Origin: Heptranchias perlo
Lineage: Eukaryota
Direction of reading: 5' to 3'
NCBI RefSeq assembly: GCF_035084215.1
Contig: NC_090334.1
Coordinates: forward strand, 71,982,001-72,046,000
DNA length: 64,000 nt
How positions within the stretch are numbered: the stretch's first letter is position 1; every line of letters starts with the position of its first letter. Under the pieces are notes generated by a model. That model was not told the DNA's origin. It worked only from the letters and a program-made list of their open reading frames with translations, and made no database searches. The position numbers and the translations under genes were made by a program. Shown here piece by piece: positions 52,025-64,000 of the stretch.

Positions 52025-55000
52025 CTGGAAGGGGGGGGAAAAAAATTCTATAAAAATCACATCCGCCAAGTCATCAAAAAGTTAATTACCACATCTTTCA
52101 ATATTGAGATTTTAAATGAGTCAATCATAGCATTCTCAAGCCCCAGTTCAATAAGAGTGTTAGGAATCACCACTCCATACCAGTCCTAAAAAGTATATAG
52201 TTTACAAATTGATTGATGCATTCACTGCTATTCAAGTAATCATTCATCTCCTGTCCATCAGTATACCAGAATGATATTTGATCTGGGGTGTCCAAAGCTA
52301 CAAGCTCCAGTTATTTGGCTTGCAAAGCCTTGGCTCCTGAATCAGAACTGCCCATTTGTGGCTTTTAAAAAATACATTCCTTCCAACTATTAAGTTTGTC
52401 TTTTTGACCTTTGAAGGGTCAGTGGATTGGAAAGATTGTTGGCATAGTAAGCAGTGTAGACAGGAGCATAAAATTACATAGACATTGACAGATTAAGTGA
52501 GTGGACAAAACTGTGGCAGATGGATTTCAATACAGGCAAGTGTGAGGTCATCCATTTTGGATCAAAAAAAGATAGATCTGAGTTTTTCTTTAAAATGGTG
52601 AAAAGTTAGGAACAATGGAGGTCAAGAGATTATGGGGTCCATGTACACAGATCACTAAAATGTAGTAGTCGGGCACACAAAATAAAAATCAAAAATGCTA
52701 ATGGAATGTTAGACTTCATAACTAGAGGGCTAGAATATAAAGGGAAGTTTTGCTACAGCTATACAAAGCCCTGGTTAAACCACATCTGGAGTACTGTGCA
52801 GAGTTCTGGGCACTGTACCACAGAAAAGATATAATGACCTTCGAAGGAGTGCAGTGCAGATTCACCAGATTACCACCAGGGCTGCAAGGGATAAATTATG
52901 AGGTGAGATTACATAAACTAGGCTTGTATTCCGTGGAATATAGAGGGTTATGGGGTGATTTTGAAAGGAATTGATAGGGTAGATAGAGAAACTTTTTCCA
53001 TTAATGGGAAGTATAGGTCAAAGGAATAGAACCTTAAAATCGGAGCCAAGCCATTCAGGAAAGAAGTTGGGGAACACTTCACACAAAGGTGGTGGGAGGC
53101 GGGGGGTGGGTGGTAGAATTGTGGAACTCTCCCACAAAAAAAACAGTAGATGCTAGCTTAATAATTATAAATCAGGAGATACAGATTTTTGCTAGCCAGA
53201 GGTATTAAGGGATATGGAGCCAAGGCAGGTAGATGGGGTTAGGATACAGATCAGCCATGATCTCACTGAATGGTGGAACAGGCAGGAAGGGCTGAATGGT
53301 CTACTCCTGTTCCTATGGATAGGCTGCATTGATGCACCAACCTGCATTTGGAGTGACTTTGTAAACAAATTTTATGCTAGTTGATTAAACACATGTTCAC
53401 ACTGCGTGGAATTGAAAGCAGGGTTAAATAACTTGTAGACCAAACAGTAGTTAGACTACATAATGGTCAGTTACAAGGCATATTATGCATTCTAATGTTT
53501 TATAAACACACTTACTGATGGGTATTCACTTTTTACTGGTAAGGAATTGATGTAGTGGTGAATCTGATTATTCCGGATGGGGCACTGAATCCCACATTTA
53601 CAACCATCAGCATTAGGAATATTAAAAGGAACTGGAATTCCACCCAGAATACCATGAACTGCAGCCGTACTTGTTTGACTTGATGTTTCTGAAGGAAGAC
53701 AAATTGTAACAGTTAGCCCTCAAGTTTACTCAAGACAAAGAACATCACCTTAAAAAAGAGTAGAACATAGGGTCACACCTATAATCCCATTCTCTGCCAC
53801 TTGAGTGTGAGTCACAAGCATAAAATAGAGACAACGGGGAAAAATGTCACCCAGACCTTCTGCACTTCCTAGCAGATGGTTACATAGTGATATTAACCAA
53901 AAAAAAGTTTTAGAATTTCTCAAGCACTCTGGCCAATGACAGCTCAATGCAGATTAAAGCTTCCTCTTTTTCATCCCTAGTCTTACAACACTCAGTATAT
54001 AACATCCATTGGGATTTACTAGTGGAGCCTTTTGAGCTAGACTAGGAGCTCCATTCAAACTTTATAAAGAAGTTCTACAACTAAATTTAGTATGCTACTA
54101 GTGGCTTCTCCAAATTCTTTCAATTTTCCTTCAACCATTTTGCTGTTCTGTCCCTGTGATCATTTTTGGGGGTTCCTGCATTCAGTAGCTGCCCTCACTT
54201 TTCTCTACAGGATTTGTAGATTTGTTTGCTATATTTCCCTTTATACATCCTAATCCATTTGTGGTTACATTTCTTTTAGTACCTCATATTTATCCTACAT
54301 GCTCAGTATGAAGATAACTTATTTTCTCACAAAAAAAAATTGAATGCCAAGTGCATTGCCAGAATAATTTCAGATTTAACATTTATAACAACTTGCATTT
54401 ATATAGTCCATTTAATGTACTTTGTATCTGTACATACATGGAGAAGCCTCTAACTAGAAATTTCTGCAACTTATTATGGAATTAATGTTAAAGCAGAAAG
54501 GTTTACAAGTCAAACAATAAGTTATATTGATTTATTGTTTGACATTTGCCAAGCCAGTAGATATAAAATGTTGAACTTTCTATGCTCAGCAATGTATAGA
54601 CCACTTTCACATGAGAAATGGGATTTTTTTTTTTAAATGCCCAAAGACAAGACAAATTACTGGCAGACTATGCAAAGAGATGTGTTCTTTTCCAGTTTTG
54701 TATTTTAAAATCACAGACACTTACTGCTGGTAAAGGTGACATTCACAGCATAGGATTGTCCTTTGCGAAGTACACATGGCAAAGAGGGGCAAGGGGTGAT
54801 ATCCACAATAATAATTTTTCCTGCTGTAGATCCTGTAATACAAGAGACAATAGGTCACAGAACCCAGGTGGTTGTGCAGATAAAAGGAGCTTGATGCATT
54901 GCTGTGTAGCAGGCAGTGCACATACACTACAGAAAACAGCAGTTCAATTGGTTTTAATTTATTGAAATAGGCTCTCTAGAAACAACTAGACCATTCAAAT

Positions 55001-58000
55001 GAACACTATGTCCTCGTCCTCCCCCTCCCCTCCTCCAAGTCAGATTCACATAACTCCTGTCCACTTGTACAGTGGCAGTCTCAAGCAAAGCTCATATGAA
55101 GCCACGTGAATTTTGTAGATGTTGAGGTTCTAGGCAAGGTCCCCCACCAGGTACTTCTAGGAGAAAAAATTTTCTAATCAAATGCAACACACCATGGGGT
55201 TAAGTGTTCAGTAGGAAGGCAAAGGTACAATGCATTGCCAATTTTGGGGTGAAGTAACCATTGAAGACAGCTACATAGGGGATAACCTACAGATGAGGTG
55301 TCCAGGGCAAGGGGGAAATTTAAGAATTTGGCACGTTAAGAAAAACAACATTTAACATCTAAAGAGAATAATAGACTATGTGTTCAGATTAATGCTGTTG
55401 CAAGGACAAGACATTGGCACAGCATATCACATTGGTATTTGGCCAAGACGCATGTCTGTGATTTCACTGGATGCTTTCCCAGCAGAGACTATACCACCAG
55501 ACTGAACATCCCAGAAAGGGATAAAAGCAGTGATCCCATATGCACTTGCAGACAGACAGCCAACTATGGAGTAGTATTCCTCCAAGTCGTCCTGAATCTG
55601 GAGAAAAAAAAATTCAATATTCTTTTCTAAACATCCTCAATTTAATGATGCTCAAGATTCTGATAAGAGCATAAAATTACATAGCGTGACATCACTTCAC
55701 TGCTGCAGATATAATTAAACAACCTGTCCTTTACTGGATCCAAGTATATTCCTACTATAACATTATAGGAGATTTGAAACCACCATTAATCTGATACTTC
55801 ACAAGCAGAGAATTGGAGAGCGGTCAGAGTCTATGGTTATATGATTTAGAGCCAGAGGTTTACAGCACAAAGGGTCATTCAAACTATTGTGCCAACTCTC
55901 TCAGCTATCCACTAGGCTCAATTCAGTCACAATCTTTTCAATTTAAAAAAAATATTTATCCATTCTTTTTTGAAACCACAATGAGTTCTGTTTCCACCAT
56001 TGTTTTTGGTAGGGTAGGGCATACCATATCCTAACTCTAACCTAACCCTTTGCTCTTTTGGCAATAATGAAAAAGTTATACCCTCTAGTTACTGACCCAC
56101 TGAGCAGTGGAATGTTTTTCTCAGTTTACCTCAAGTCTCAATTCTCATCATTAAAAAAACAAACCAAAATCAGTTAATCGCAGACAAGGTTGGCTGAAAT
56201 GGGAAATAGAAAACGTCACAAGTGAAGTAATGAATTTGCCACATTTTTTGGGGGCAGGGGAAGCGGAGGATGTTTAGAGGTACATTTTTTTTTTAAAGGC
56301 ACAGATTTCCCCCGCCCACCCCCTAGCTAATTGTGCATATTTTCATCTAAACAAAGATTTCTGCCAACTCTTATCAGAGGGATGATGTACAACTGAAGGT
56401 TGACAACATGACCAATGCATTAATGCCAACCACAAATTGTTCAAACACAGGACAGCGTAGCACTTGCACAAGATTGTTTGCGGGCATCTAATATTGTAGA
56501 GCTTTCTGGTACCAGGAGCAGATTACATAAGCCTCAAAACAAAATAGGAAGACTTTGACTCCACAGGTCCTATTTGGGGAAGGGGGCAGGAAAAGAAGGA
56601 AGAGGAAAAATTATAAGATTTTTAAGACTGAAAGTTTCCTGCATGCTGCACAGCAATATGCAGCACACAAAGTGAGGAAACAAAAGCAACTGTGGAACAG
56701 TCACAAGACTAATACCAGAACTAAACCTCAAGACCTTATAAGGGGTTAGCAACAGAAGCATTACAAGCACCACAATAATCAGTGATTTCAAACAAGGTGA
56801 CGTTAAAAACAATTGGTAGATGCAATTTCTTCAACAATAATCTCTAATTTGCAAAAAGCCTGAACAAAAAAAGTGAAGTTTGAGTTGAAATGTCTATCTA
56901 GCTAGAGCAACAGTTCTTTTTCACCCTCCACCCACTTTTTAGATCTTTATTCAGACAGGACTTCTGGAAGCCAAGAGTTTGTTTGGTATTCCAACACCCA
57001 TCAGAAACTTTTCTGAAGTTTGGCAGTAACACACAGCTATCTCCAAAAAAAAAACGATGTAATCCTCCATAGAAATATTAATTCACTAGGGACAGCTAAT
57101 GGGCACTTGATGCATCAGCACCATCAAAATTAGTCACATCACACCACTTCACTTGCTCATAACGTGACAATAAAATTGACATAGTTGTTCAATTAAGAAC
57201 ATAAGAACATAAGAAATTGGAGCAGGAGTAGGCCAATCGGCCCCTCGAGCCTGCTCCGCCATTCAATAAGATCATGGCTGATCTGATCCCAACCACAAAT
57301 CTAAAGAACACAAGAAGTCGGAGCAGGACCCGGCCACATAGCCCCTGGGCCCTCTCCGCCACCCACAGGGCATTGACCGATCCGAACTCAGCTTCATGTC
57401 CAATTTCCTGCCCGCTCCCCATTACCCCTAATTCCCTTTACTTCTAGGAAACTGTCTATTTCTGTTTTAAATTTATCTAATGATGTAGCTTCCACAGCTT
57501 CCTGGGGCAGCAAATTCCACAGACCTACCACCCTCTGAGTGAAGAAGTTTCTCCTCATCTCAGTTTTGAAAGAGCAGCCCCTTATTCTAAGATTATGCCC
57601 CCTAGTTCTAGTTTCACCCATCTTTGGGAACATCCTTACTGCATCCACCCGATCAAGACCCTTCACAATCTTATATGTTTCAATAAGATCGCCTCTCATT
57701 CTTCTGAACTCCAATGAGTAGAGTCCCAATCTACTCAACCTCTCCTCATATGTCCGCCCCCTCATCCCCGGGATTAACCGAGTGAACCTTCTTTGTACTG
57801 CCTCGAGAGCAAGTATGTCTTTTCTTAAGTATGGAGACCAAAACTGTATGCAGTATTCCAGGTGCGGTCTCACCAATACCTTATATAACTGCAGCAATAC
57901 CTCCTTGTTTTTATATTCTATCCCCCTAGCAATAAAAGCCAACATTCCGTTGGCTTTCTTGATCACCTGCTGCACCTGCATACCAACTTTTTGATTTTCT

Positions 58001-59891
58001 TGCACTAGGACCCCCAGATCCCTTTGTACTGCAGTACTTTCCAGTCTCTCGCCATTAAGAAAATAACTTGCTCTCTGATTTTTCCTGCCAAAGTGCATAA
58101 CCTCACATTTTCCAATATTATATTGCATCTGCCAAATCTCCGCCCACTCACCCAGCCTGTCTATATCCCCTTGCAGGTTTTTTATGTCCTCCTCACTCTC
58201 TACTTTCCCTCCCATCTTTGTATCATCTGCAAATTTTGATATGTTGCACTCGGTCCCCTCCTCCAAATCGTTAATATAGATTGTAAAGAGTTGGGGACCC
58301 AGCACCGACCCCTGTGGAACACCACTGGTTACTGGTTGCCAGTCCGAAAATGAACCATTTATCCCAACTCTCTGCTTCCTGTTCGATAACCAATCCTCCA
58401 CCCATGCCAGAATATTACCCCCAATCCCGTGATTTTTTATCTTAAGTAATAATCTTTTATGTGGCACCTTGTCGAATGCCTTCTGGAAGTCTAAATACAC
58501 TACGTCCACTGGTTCCCCTTTATCCACCCTATACGTTATATCCTCGAAGAACTCAAGCAAATTTGTCAGACATGACTTCCCCTTCATAAAGCCATGCTGA
58601 CTTTGTCCTATTAAATTATGCTTATCTAAATGTTCCGTTACTGTCTCCTTAATAATAGACTCCAAAATTTTACCCACCACAGATGTTAAGCTAACTGGCC
58701 TATAATTTCCAGCCTTCTGCCTACTACCCTTTTTAAATAACGGTGTTACATTAGCAGTTTTCCAATCTGCCGGGACCTCTCCTGAGTCCAGGGAATTTTG
58801 GAAAACTATCACCAAAGCATCCACAATCCCTACTGCCACTTCCCTCAAGACCCTAGGATGGAAGCCATCAGGTCCAGGGGATTTATCCGCCTTGAGTCCC
58901 ATTATTTTACTGAGTACCATCTCTTGAGTGATTTTAATCGTATTTAGCTCCTCCCCCCCGAGAGTCCCCTGTTTGTCCAGTGTTGAGTCACCATACAAGG
59001 CAATAAGAGCCCAAAATTTTGTTTTAAAAAGTTGTGGATATTATGCTAAACCAGTTAAGCACAAAAGAAAAAAAAGTAGGAACAAACCCTTTCAGTACCC
59101 TCCCCCAAAAACAGTCAGTACCTAAAAATACACACTTTCAAAAGGTGTAGATTCACTCACTCACCTGACGAAAGAGGTAAGCTCCGAAAGCTTGTGATTT
59201 TCAAATAAAACTGTTGGACTATAACCTGGTGTTGTAAGATTCCTTACTTTCAAAGGTGGCATACATTAACTTCAGGAACAAATTCTGATTTTAGCAGAAA
59301 GCAGTATATTACATTTCAAAAATAAACCAGGGACGATATTAACGCTACACTTTAGTAGAAGAGAATCAAATCTATTATAAAAAATTTAAAATACATAACT
59401 GATAGGTGTCAGCCTTGGCTCAGTAACTTTCGCTTTAGGACATCCCGAGCTTGTGAAAGGCGCGATATAAATACAAGTTCTTTCCTTTGAGGCTTGAAGG
59501 GTTAGCTCGAGTACTTAAATAATTAACGTGTGTACAATAACAGAAAATGCTGGAAAAGATCAGCAAGTGAGGCAGCATCTGTGGAGAAAGAAAAAGAGTT
59601 AACGTTTCAGGTCAAAGACCTTTCATCAGAACTTCTTCGACCTGACGTTAACTGTTTCTTTCTCCACAGATGCTGCCTCACTTGTAGAACTTTTCCAGCA
59701 CTTTCTGTTCTTATTTCGGATTTCCAGCATCCGCAGTATTTCGCTTTTAATATTTGTATACTATTTTTTTTAAATTAAGGTCTTTTAAAGGGATCTTTTT
59801 ACTCACCGCAGTCCTTAAACTTCACAGGTTGGGCCCCACATAGAGCCCCCAGAGCCAGGAGGATGGCTACTGCTGGACAAGTGACCTGCAT
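51938..59891 (-). CDS. NPC2: NPC intracellular cholesterol transporter 2, copy B (exons 59807-59891, 54725-54832, 53516-53688, 51938-52024; 150 aa)
   Basis: Spliced product [150 protein letters not shown]; canonical splice sites. Confidence 0.95.
52435..53318 (+). mobile_element. CR1 3' fragment in NPC2-B intron 3
   Basis: [15 protein letters not shown]...; similar to 2572-3590; absent from the paralogous copy A intron. Confidence 0.85.
53516..53688 (-). CDS. NPC2: NPC2 copy B exon 3
   Basis: ttcag|AAACA...CCATCA|gtaagt; 173 bp. Confidence 0.95.
54725..54832 (-). CDS. NPC2: NPC2 copy B exon 2
   Basis: tacag|GATCT...AGCA|gtaagt; 108 bp. Confidence 0.94.
57195..58985 (-). mobile_element. Young 5'-truncated CR1 with an uninterrupted reverse transcriptase frame (~530 codons) in NPC2-B intron 1
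   Basis: ORF 57394-58998 has no stops and complete RT motifs ([25 protein letters not shown]); (aagaacat)n tail. Confidence 0.95.
59148..59245 (+). mobile_element. Short Penelope-derived insertion with a hammerhead motif (59161-59197)
   Basis: TCAC-CTGACGA-AAGAG-GTAAG-CTCC-GAAA-GCTT-GTGA; flanked by actttcaaa(a)ggtg repeats; absent at the paralogous site (~48535). Confidence 0.7.
59535..59750. mobile_element. Palindromic Penelope-derived element with a hammerhead motif on - (59597-59633)
   Basis: Long imperfect inverted repeat; AGUU-CUGAUGA-A-AGGUC-UUU-GACCU-GAAA-CGUU-AACU. Confidence 0.7.
59807..59891 (-). CDS. NPC2: NPC2 copy B exon 1
   Basis: ATG at 59891; ends GACTGCG|gtgagt. Confidence 0.94.
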
Positions 59892-60602
59892 CCTGCTTTA
59901 TTGCCGCTCAACCCGAGTTCAGAGGCAAGGTGAGCAGCGGACAGCCGCTGTGAGGCGGCTTAAAAACACTAGCACCCATCCCCGGCTTCACATGGCCCCC
60001 AACCCCCTGGGCGGACTCATCAAACCCCGCCCTAAACCAGGGAGCGGAGGGATCACCGTAAATAACGACCAGGGGCTGGATAACGGAGGCGTCATTGATG
60101 CACTCGCTATTCGGCTTGACTTCGCGCCCTCCTCACGTGATCGTGGCGCAACTTCTGAGCGAAAATTAACTCGAATACTTGAACAGTTAAAATTTATATA
60201 ATACCCGTTATCAGATTTTTTTTTAAAAAAACTTTCCCTTAAATATAAAAATGTAACAAAAAATTGTTTTTTTAAAAGATGATCCGTTCATATGACCCAC
60301 TTTTCCACGGTTGTTAAGGCGTGCCTAACTGGCCCCACCTTTGATTGACATGTGAGAAACCCAATTAAGCTCCCACGTATCAAAAAATATTGTCCGTTGA
60401 ACTATGACGTATATCTTTTTGCACCAATCGACGTGTTGAGGAGGCGGGATAACGCAGCGGTATGACGGACATGTTCAGTACCCAATGGAAACTGGCGAGC
60501 ATCTCTGCCAATGGAAAGGCGGTTAGGGGGCGTGTACGTCCGGTGACCTGCGGCGTTGCGGAACTGCTCGGTTTTGGGGGTGAGTTGGTTGCTGAGGGGA
60601 AG
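59892..60602. promoter_or_regulatory. Probable bidirectional CpG promoter between NPC2 copy B and the + strand gene: TCACGTGA 60133-60140, several CCAAT boxes (~60362, 60424, 60482, 60508), GC boxes
   Basis: CpG-rich segment between two divergent ATG-bearing exons about 710 bp apart. Confidence 0.7.
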
Positions 60603-60664
60603 ATGTTAGCAACCGGGGCGATGAGGCAAGCCCTGTTAGCTGCTGTTGAGCTTTGCTGGAGGAG
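60603..60664 (+). CDS. ISCA2: Probable first coding exon of ISCA2 (mitochondrial presequence-like MLATGAMRQALLAAVELCWRR); downstream exons not found in the window
   Basis: ATG in good context (AAGATGT) within the CpG island and a strong donor AG|GTGAGC. The identity rests mainly on the known head-to-head NPC2-ISCA2 arrangement next to LTBP2, not on protein similarity. Confidence 0.55.
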
Positions 60665-62929
60665 GTGAGCATCAGTGACTGTGTGAATACTCGCTTGCTT
60701 GTCATTGATAGTAACATAGACAAGTGCCCTTCAAACAGGTCGTCATGTTTGTAAAGGACTCTTGTAGATTAGCCTACATCACACCGCCAGACACACACAC
60801 ACAGCAGGACTAAAAAGTGACTGCAAAACATTGGTAGAATATATTCTTTGGGTTAAGGCTAACATTGGGAATGGGCTCCAAGTTGGGATTATTATGCTTT
60901 TGTGGACTTTGGAAATGTCTTAACCTAGACGTTAGACGTCCAGAGCCAAGTTGTTAAAATGAAAGCCCTCCACACCCTTTCCCCCTTCTTTGTTTTAACC
61001 CATGGAGATATTAATTTTTTAACATTTTCTATGAGTTTGCATTATTGGTAGAAGAGAACCAAGACAGGATTTCAGATCCCATTATGTGTGCACTCCCTTG
61101 TTTTCAGAGTAGTGTGGAACTTATGCTGCATTTGGTCAAACCATTTTATACATCTAAATTAAAGCTTAAAACCAAATTATGTTTCTCACATTTTATTGTT
61201 GCTGACTAGTCAAAGTGTTGCAGTATTGCCAGTAGCATGCAAACTTGATTAAACTGCCTTTGTGTCTAGTCTTGTCACCCACCTCTATCACCATTCATTG
61301 TATCTGCTTGCTGCAGAAAGCCACAGATTTGACAGTAGTTAGTATGTTTTAATTAAAATAAAACCATTCTGGGAAATGTTAGGAATGATATTTATGATGA
61401 AAAAAGTGAGGCAGATTGTAAACCCATTTCAGCATATGGAGCTGTGTTTATTTTTACAAGTGAAAATAGGTCATTTTCAAACCAACATGGGGAGTCTGAA
61501 CAGCCCTGCACTATGAACTTTGGTTTCTTGTCATTTTTTAAAACTATCTAACATTATAAGTTGTTCATTTAAAATATAGTATGTAAGTTTGTTGAGAACT
61601 AATTGATATTGGCATATAGTTGCCAAAGTTTTACCTGCACCAACTGGTGAAGCAAGTGGAAAAATACTACTGGCACTGAAGAAATATCACAGGCTGGACC
61701 ATACATGAATGAACACAGCCCAAATATCTTTTGCTTATTCTGAATTGCAGCCACTCAAATGACTTCCTTGACACCCATTCACATGATTGGCCTTGTTTTA
61801 TCATTTAGTCTTGTTTTATCGCTCAGCCTTCAACACTGTCAGTACAGAACCTGGACTTGAACTTTTACTTCAGTTTGCCTACTTGCTCAACATTGCAGTT
61901 GCTGGAAGATTTGTGTCTTGGTTATTTAAAGAACCACCTGTAGCACAACAGACAGTCAAAAACGCTGAGCTATTTCGAAATTTCTAGTTGCTCGCATGGA
62001 AATTAAAAAATATACACACTCCTCTCTTAGGGTGCATTTATATTGCAGTTATTGTTCCAGCCAGGCAGCACCTTGTTTGTACTGCAAGACTTCAACTTAA
62101 GTTTTGCTCAGGACTTACTATGATACTATGAGAGGGCTTTGTACTTGAATCCTTACACGGCTAAAATTTATCTTTGTGGAGACTGTGGGTGGGAGCATCC
62201 ACACTCCGTGAACATATAAATCGACTCTAAGTAAGTTCTCTGGAGATCCAAAGGACCACTTCAGCTCTGTTTAAAGCAGATTTGACACCACGTGGTTATA
62301 CTCCCATGTAGTGTCAAACTCAAACGGTATGAGAATGCCTCCTTCAGTGGAGGTTTGTAGTCGACTCCATAACTTTAGCGTTGCTGTAAAATGGAAAATG
62401 AAATCATATTGCAACTTAAGTTGTATCTCTGTGTGGGTTGGGGAGTGTGTGGAATTCCATTCTTATAGGATCCCATCTAATTCAATTACTACCTGATTGC
62501 TGTGTCACTTTCTTGTGTCGTTTAACTCTACGCTGACCCAGCAGTCAACAAAAAAAATAGCCTTCAACTGGGACTGTTCCATAGACATAAAGTGTGGACT
62601 GTAGGACAGTGCTCTCAGCAGCTTAATCTATCAGAAATCTGAAAAAAGAAAAAAAGTGTGCAGAAATGTAAACACTTAATACTTTGAGTACAAAAAGCTG
62701 TAGGGCATTGCACTGTGAACCTGCTAATCATGGATTTGTATTTGAGTGCATTTTTATTAAGCTAAAGGTTAATGTTTGAAACTCCAGTATTTCTGCCAAT
62801 TCTTATTAGTCAGCACTTTTTTTTAGCTGAGAAACCAAGGTAAAGGGCAAACGCCCACAGTGCAGAACACTGCCAAGGATAAAATGAATAGGAGAAAGGG
62901 GGTGTAAATTAAGAGGTGATGGCGAACAG

Positions 62930-63310
62930 ACACCAAACTTGGGTTTTAAAATCCTTAACATTGTGGGAGGACAGAAAGGGGAATAAATGATTCCACAGTT
63001 TTGAGCCCTTGGGAAATTGGTAGAGTAAGGCTTCCCATAGCCTAGCGATTATGATACAGGGATCTACGTTAAAATTCCACCACGTCAGCAAATTGTGAAG
63101 TTGAATTCAATAAATCTGGTAATTTGTGGGCTAGCATCAGAAATGACCATGAAAGCTGACAGATTGTCTAATCCAATTGGTTCACTAATGACCTACTGCT
63201 GCCCAGACTAGCCTACACACCACTCCAGTCCCATGTGACTGTTAAGGGATGGGCAATAAATATTGCCTTGTCAGTGTCACCCACATTCAAGAAGAAATAA
63301 AAAAAAATAT
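62930..63310 (+). mobile_element. Degenerate SINE sharing its 3' tail with the 22978-24068 LINE family
   Basis: gggatgggcaataaatattgccttgtcagtgtcacccacattc resembles 24011-24060. Confidence 0.5.
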
Positions 63311-64000
63311 TAGGATACCTTGAAAGGTGTGTCTAGATTTCAGCACTCAAATTAGGTAGCAAGAAAAGTGCGTAGGATGGCATCTTTGGAGTTTAGAAGG
63401 GAAAAGAGAGGAAAGTTCAAAGAAGCACTGACCCTAGCAATGTTGATTTTAAAATAGAGAGACTGACAGAGGCTAGAGGGATCAACAGACATTCTTTTTC
63501 TGGTATACTGCCCAGGAGTATAAGGAAAAAATTAGAATTGACTTCCAGTGCTCAAGTCTTGGGCAGATTTTGGCTTTATAGAGTTACGTTGTTGAAGGAA
63601 AATATTATGCCAGTAAAAGGGAAATCAACCATTTTAGCAGTGGAGATGATGTGGGAGTTCAATTTGAGATGAGCAGAGGCAGTGTGGCCAAGAATGTAAT
63701 AAATGAAGAAGGGTCTAAGGATAGAGCCGTCAATGATAAGAAGTTCGCAGCTGTTGGTTGCACATGCGAGATGTGGAAAAACTGTCTGAACGTTAATTGA
63801 AAGAAACAAGAATTTCATTGCCCCATTGTAGGACATGGAGGATAAGGTGTAATGGGGGAGGGATTGATATGCATTGCCTGTGTTTGGGCATAAAACGGCC
63901 ACAACATATACCAATTTCTGGGCATGAGATCCTGGGTCCAATCTGCGCTGCCAGCTTGGCCACTGCAATATTAGTCCTTGCTGTCTTTAGGTGTCCTTGG

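Noticed and set aside
57394-58998. 534-aa ORF as a domesticated host gene
   Set aside because: It is a 5'-truncated CR1 ORF2 without the endonuclease, has a typical CR1 tail, and is absent from the paralogous intron.
62311-62496. Possible ISCA2 internal exon near cttcagtggagg
   Set aside because: It does not translate to the LQVEGGGCSG motif and lacks fitting splice sites.
1-64000. CRISPR arrays, operons or prokaryotic defence systems
   Set aside because: The DNA is intron-rich vertebrate sequence with no repeat-spacer array, and every RT-like ORF belongs to a LINE.

Overview
Vertebrate genomic DNA. The repeat landscape (CR1/L2 LINEs, DeuSINE-like SINEs, Penelope-derived pieces) points to a cartilaginous fish, which is an inference. 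Genes were assembled by hand from GT-AG exons: (1) the last eight coding exons of an LTBP2-type gene on + (4321-25537: TB3, 2 cbEGF, TB4, a Tyr/Pro-rich linker, 2 EGF); (2) two intact, tandemly duplicated four-exon NPC2 genes on - (40047-48804, 149 aa; 51938-59891, 150 aa), each with a CLEAR-type TCACGTGA box upstream; (3) a probable first exon of ISCA2 on +, head-to-head with the distal NPC2. Main points of interest: the LTBP2 TB3 domain keeps the two-residue insertion (C-EVHP-C) used for latent TGF-beta binding, which mammalian LTBP2 lacks. The NPC2 paralogues share an odd seventh cysteine but differ in N-glycan sequons. Several Penelope-derived insertions carry minimal hammerhead ribozyme motifs. 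The NPC2/ISCA2 pair appears inverted relative to LTBP2 compared with human. I see no evidence of a wholly new system. Comparisons with human proteins and gene order are from memory, and repeat boundaries are approximate.
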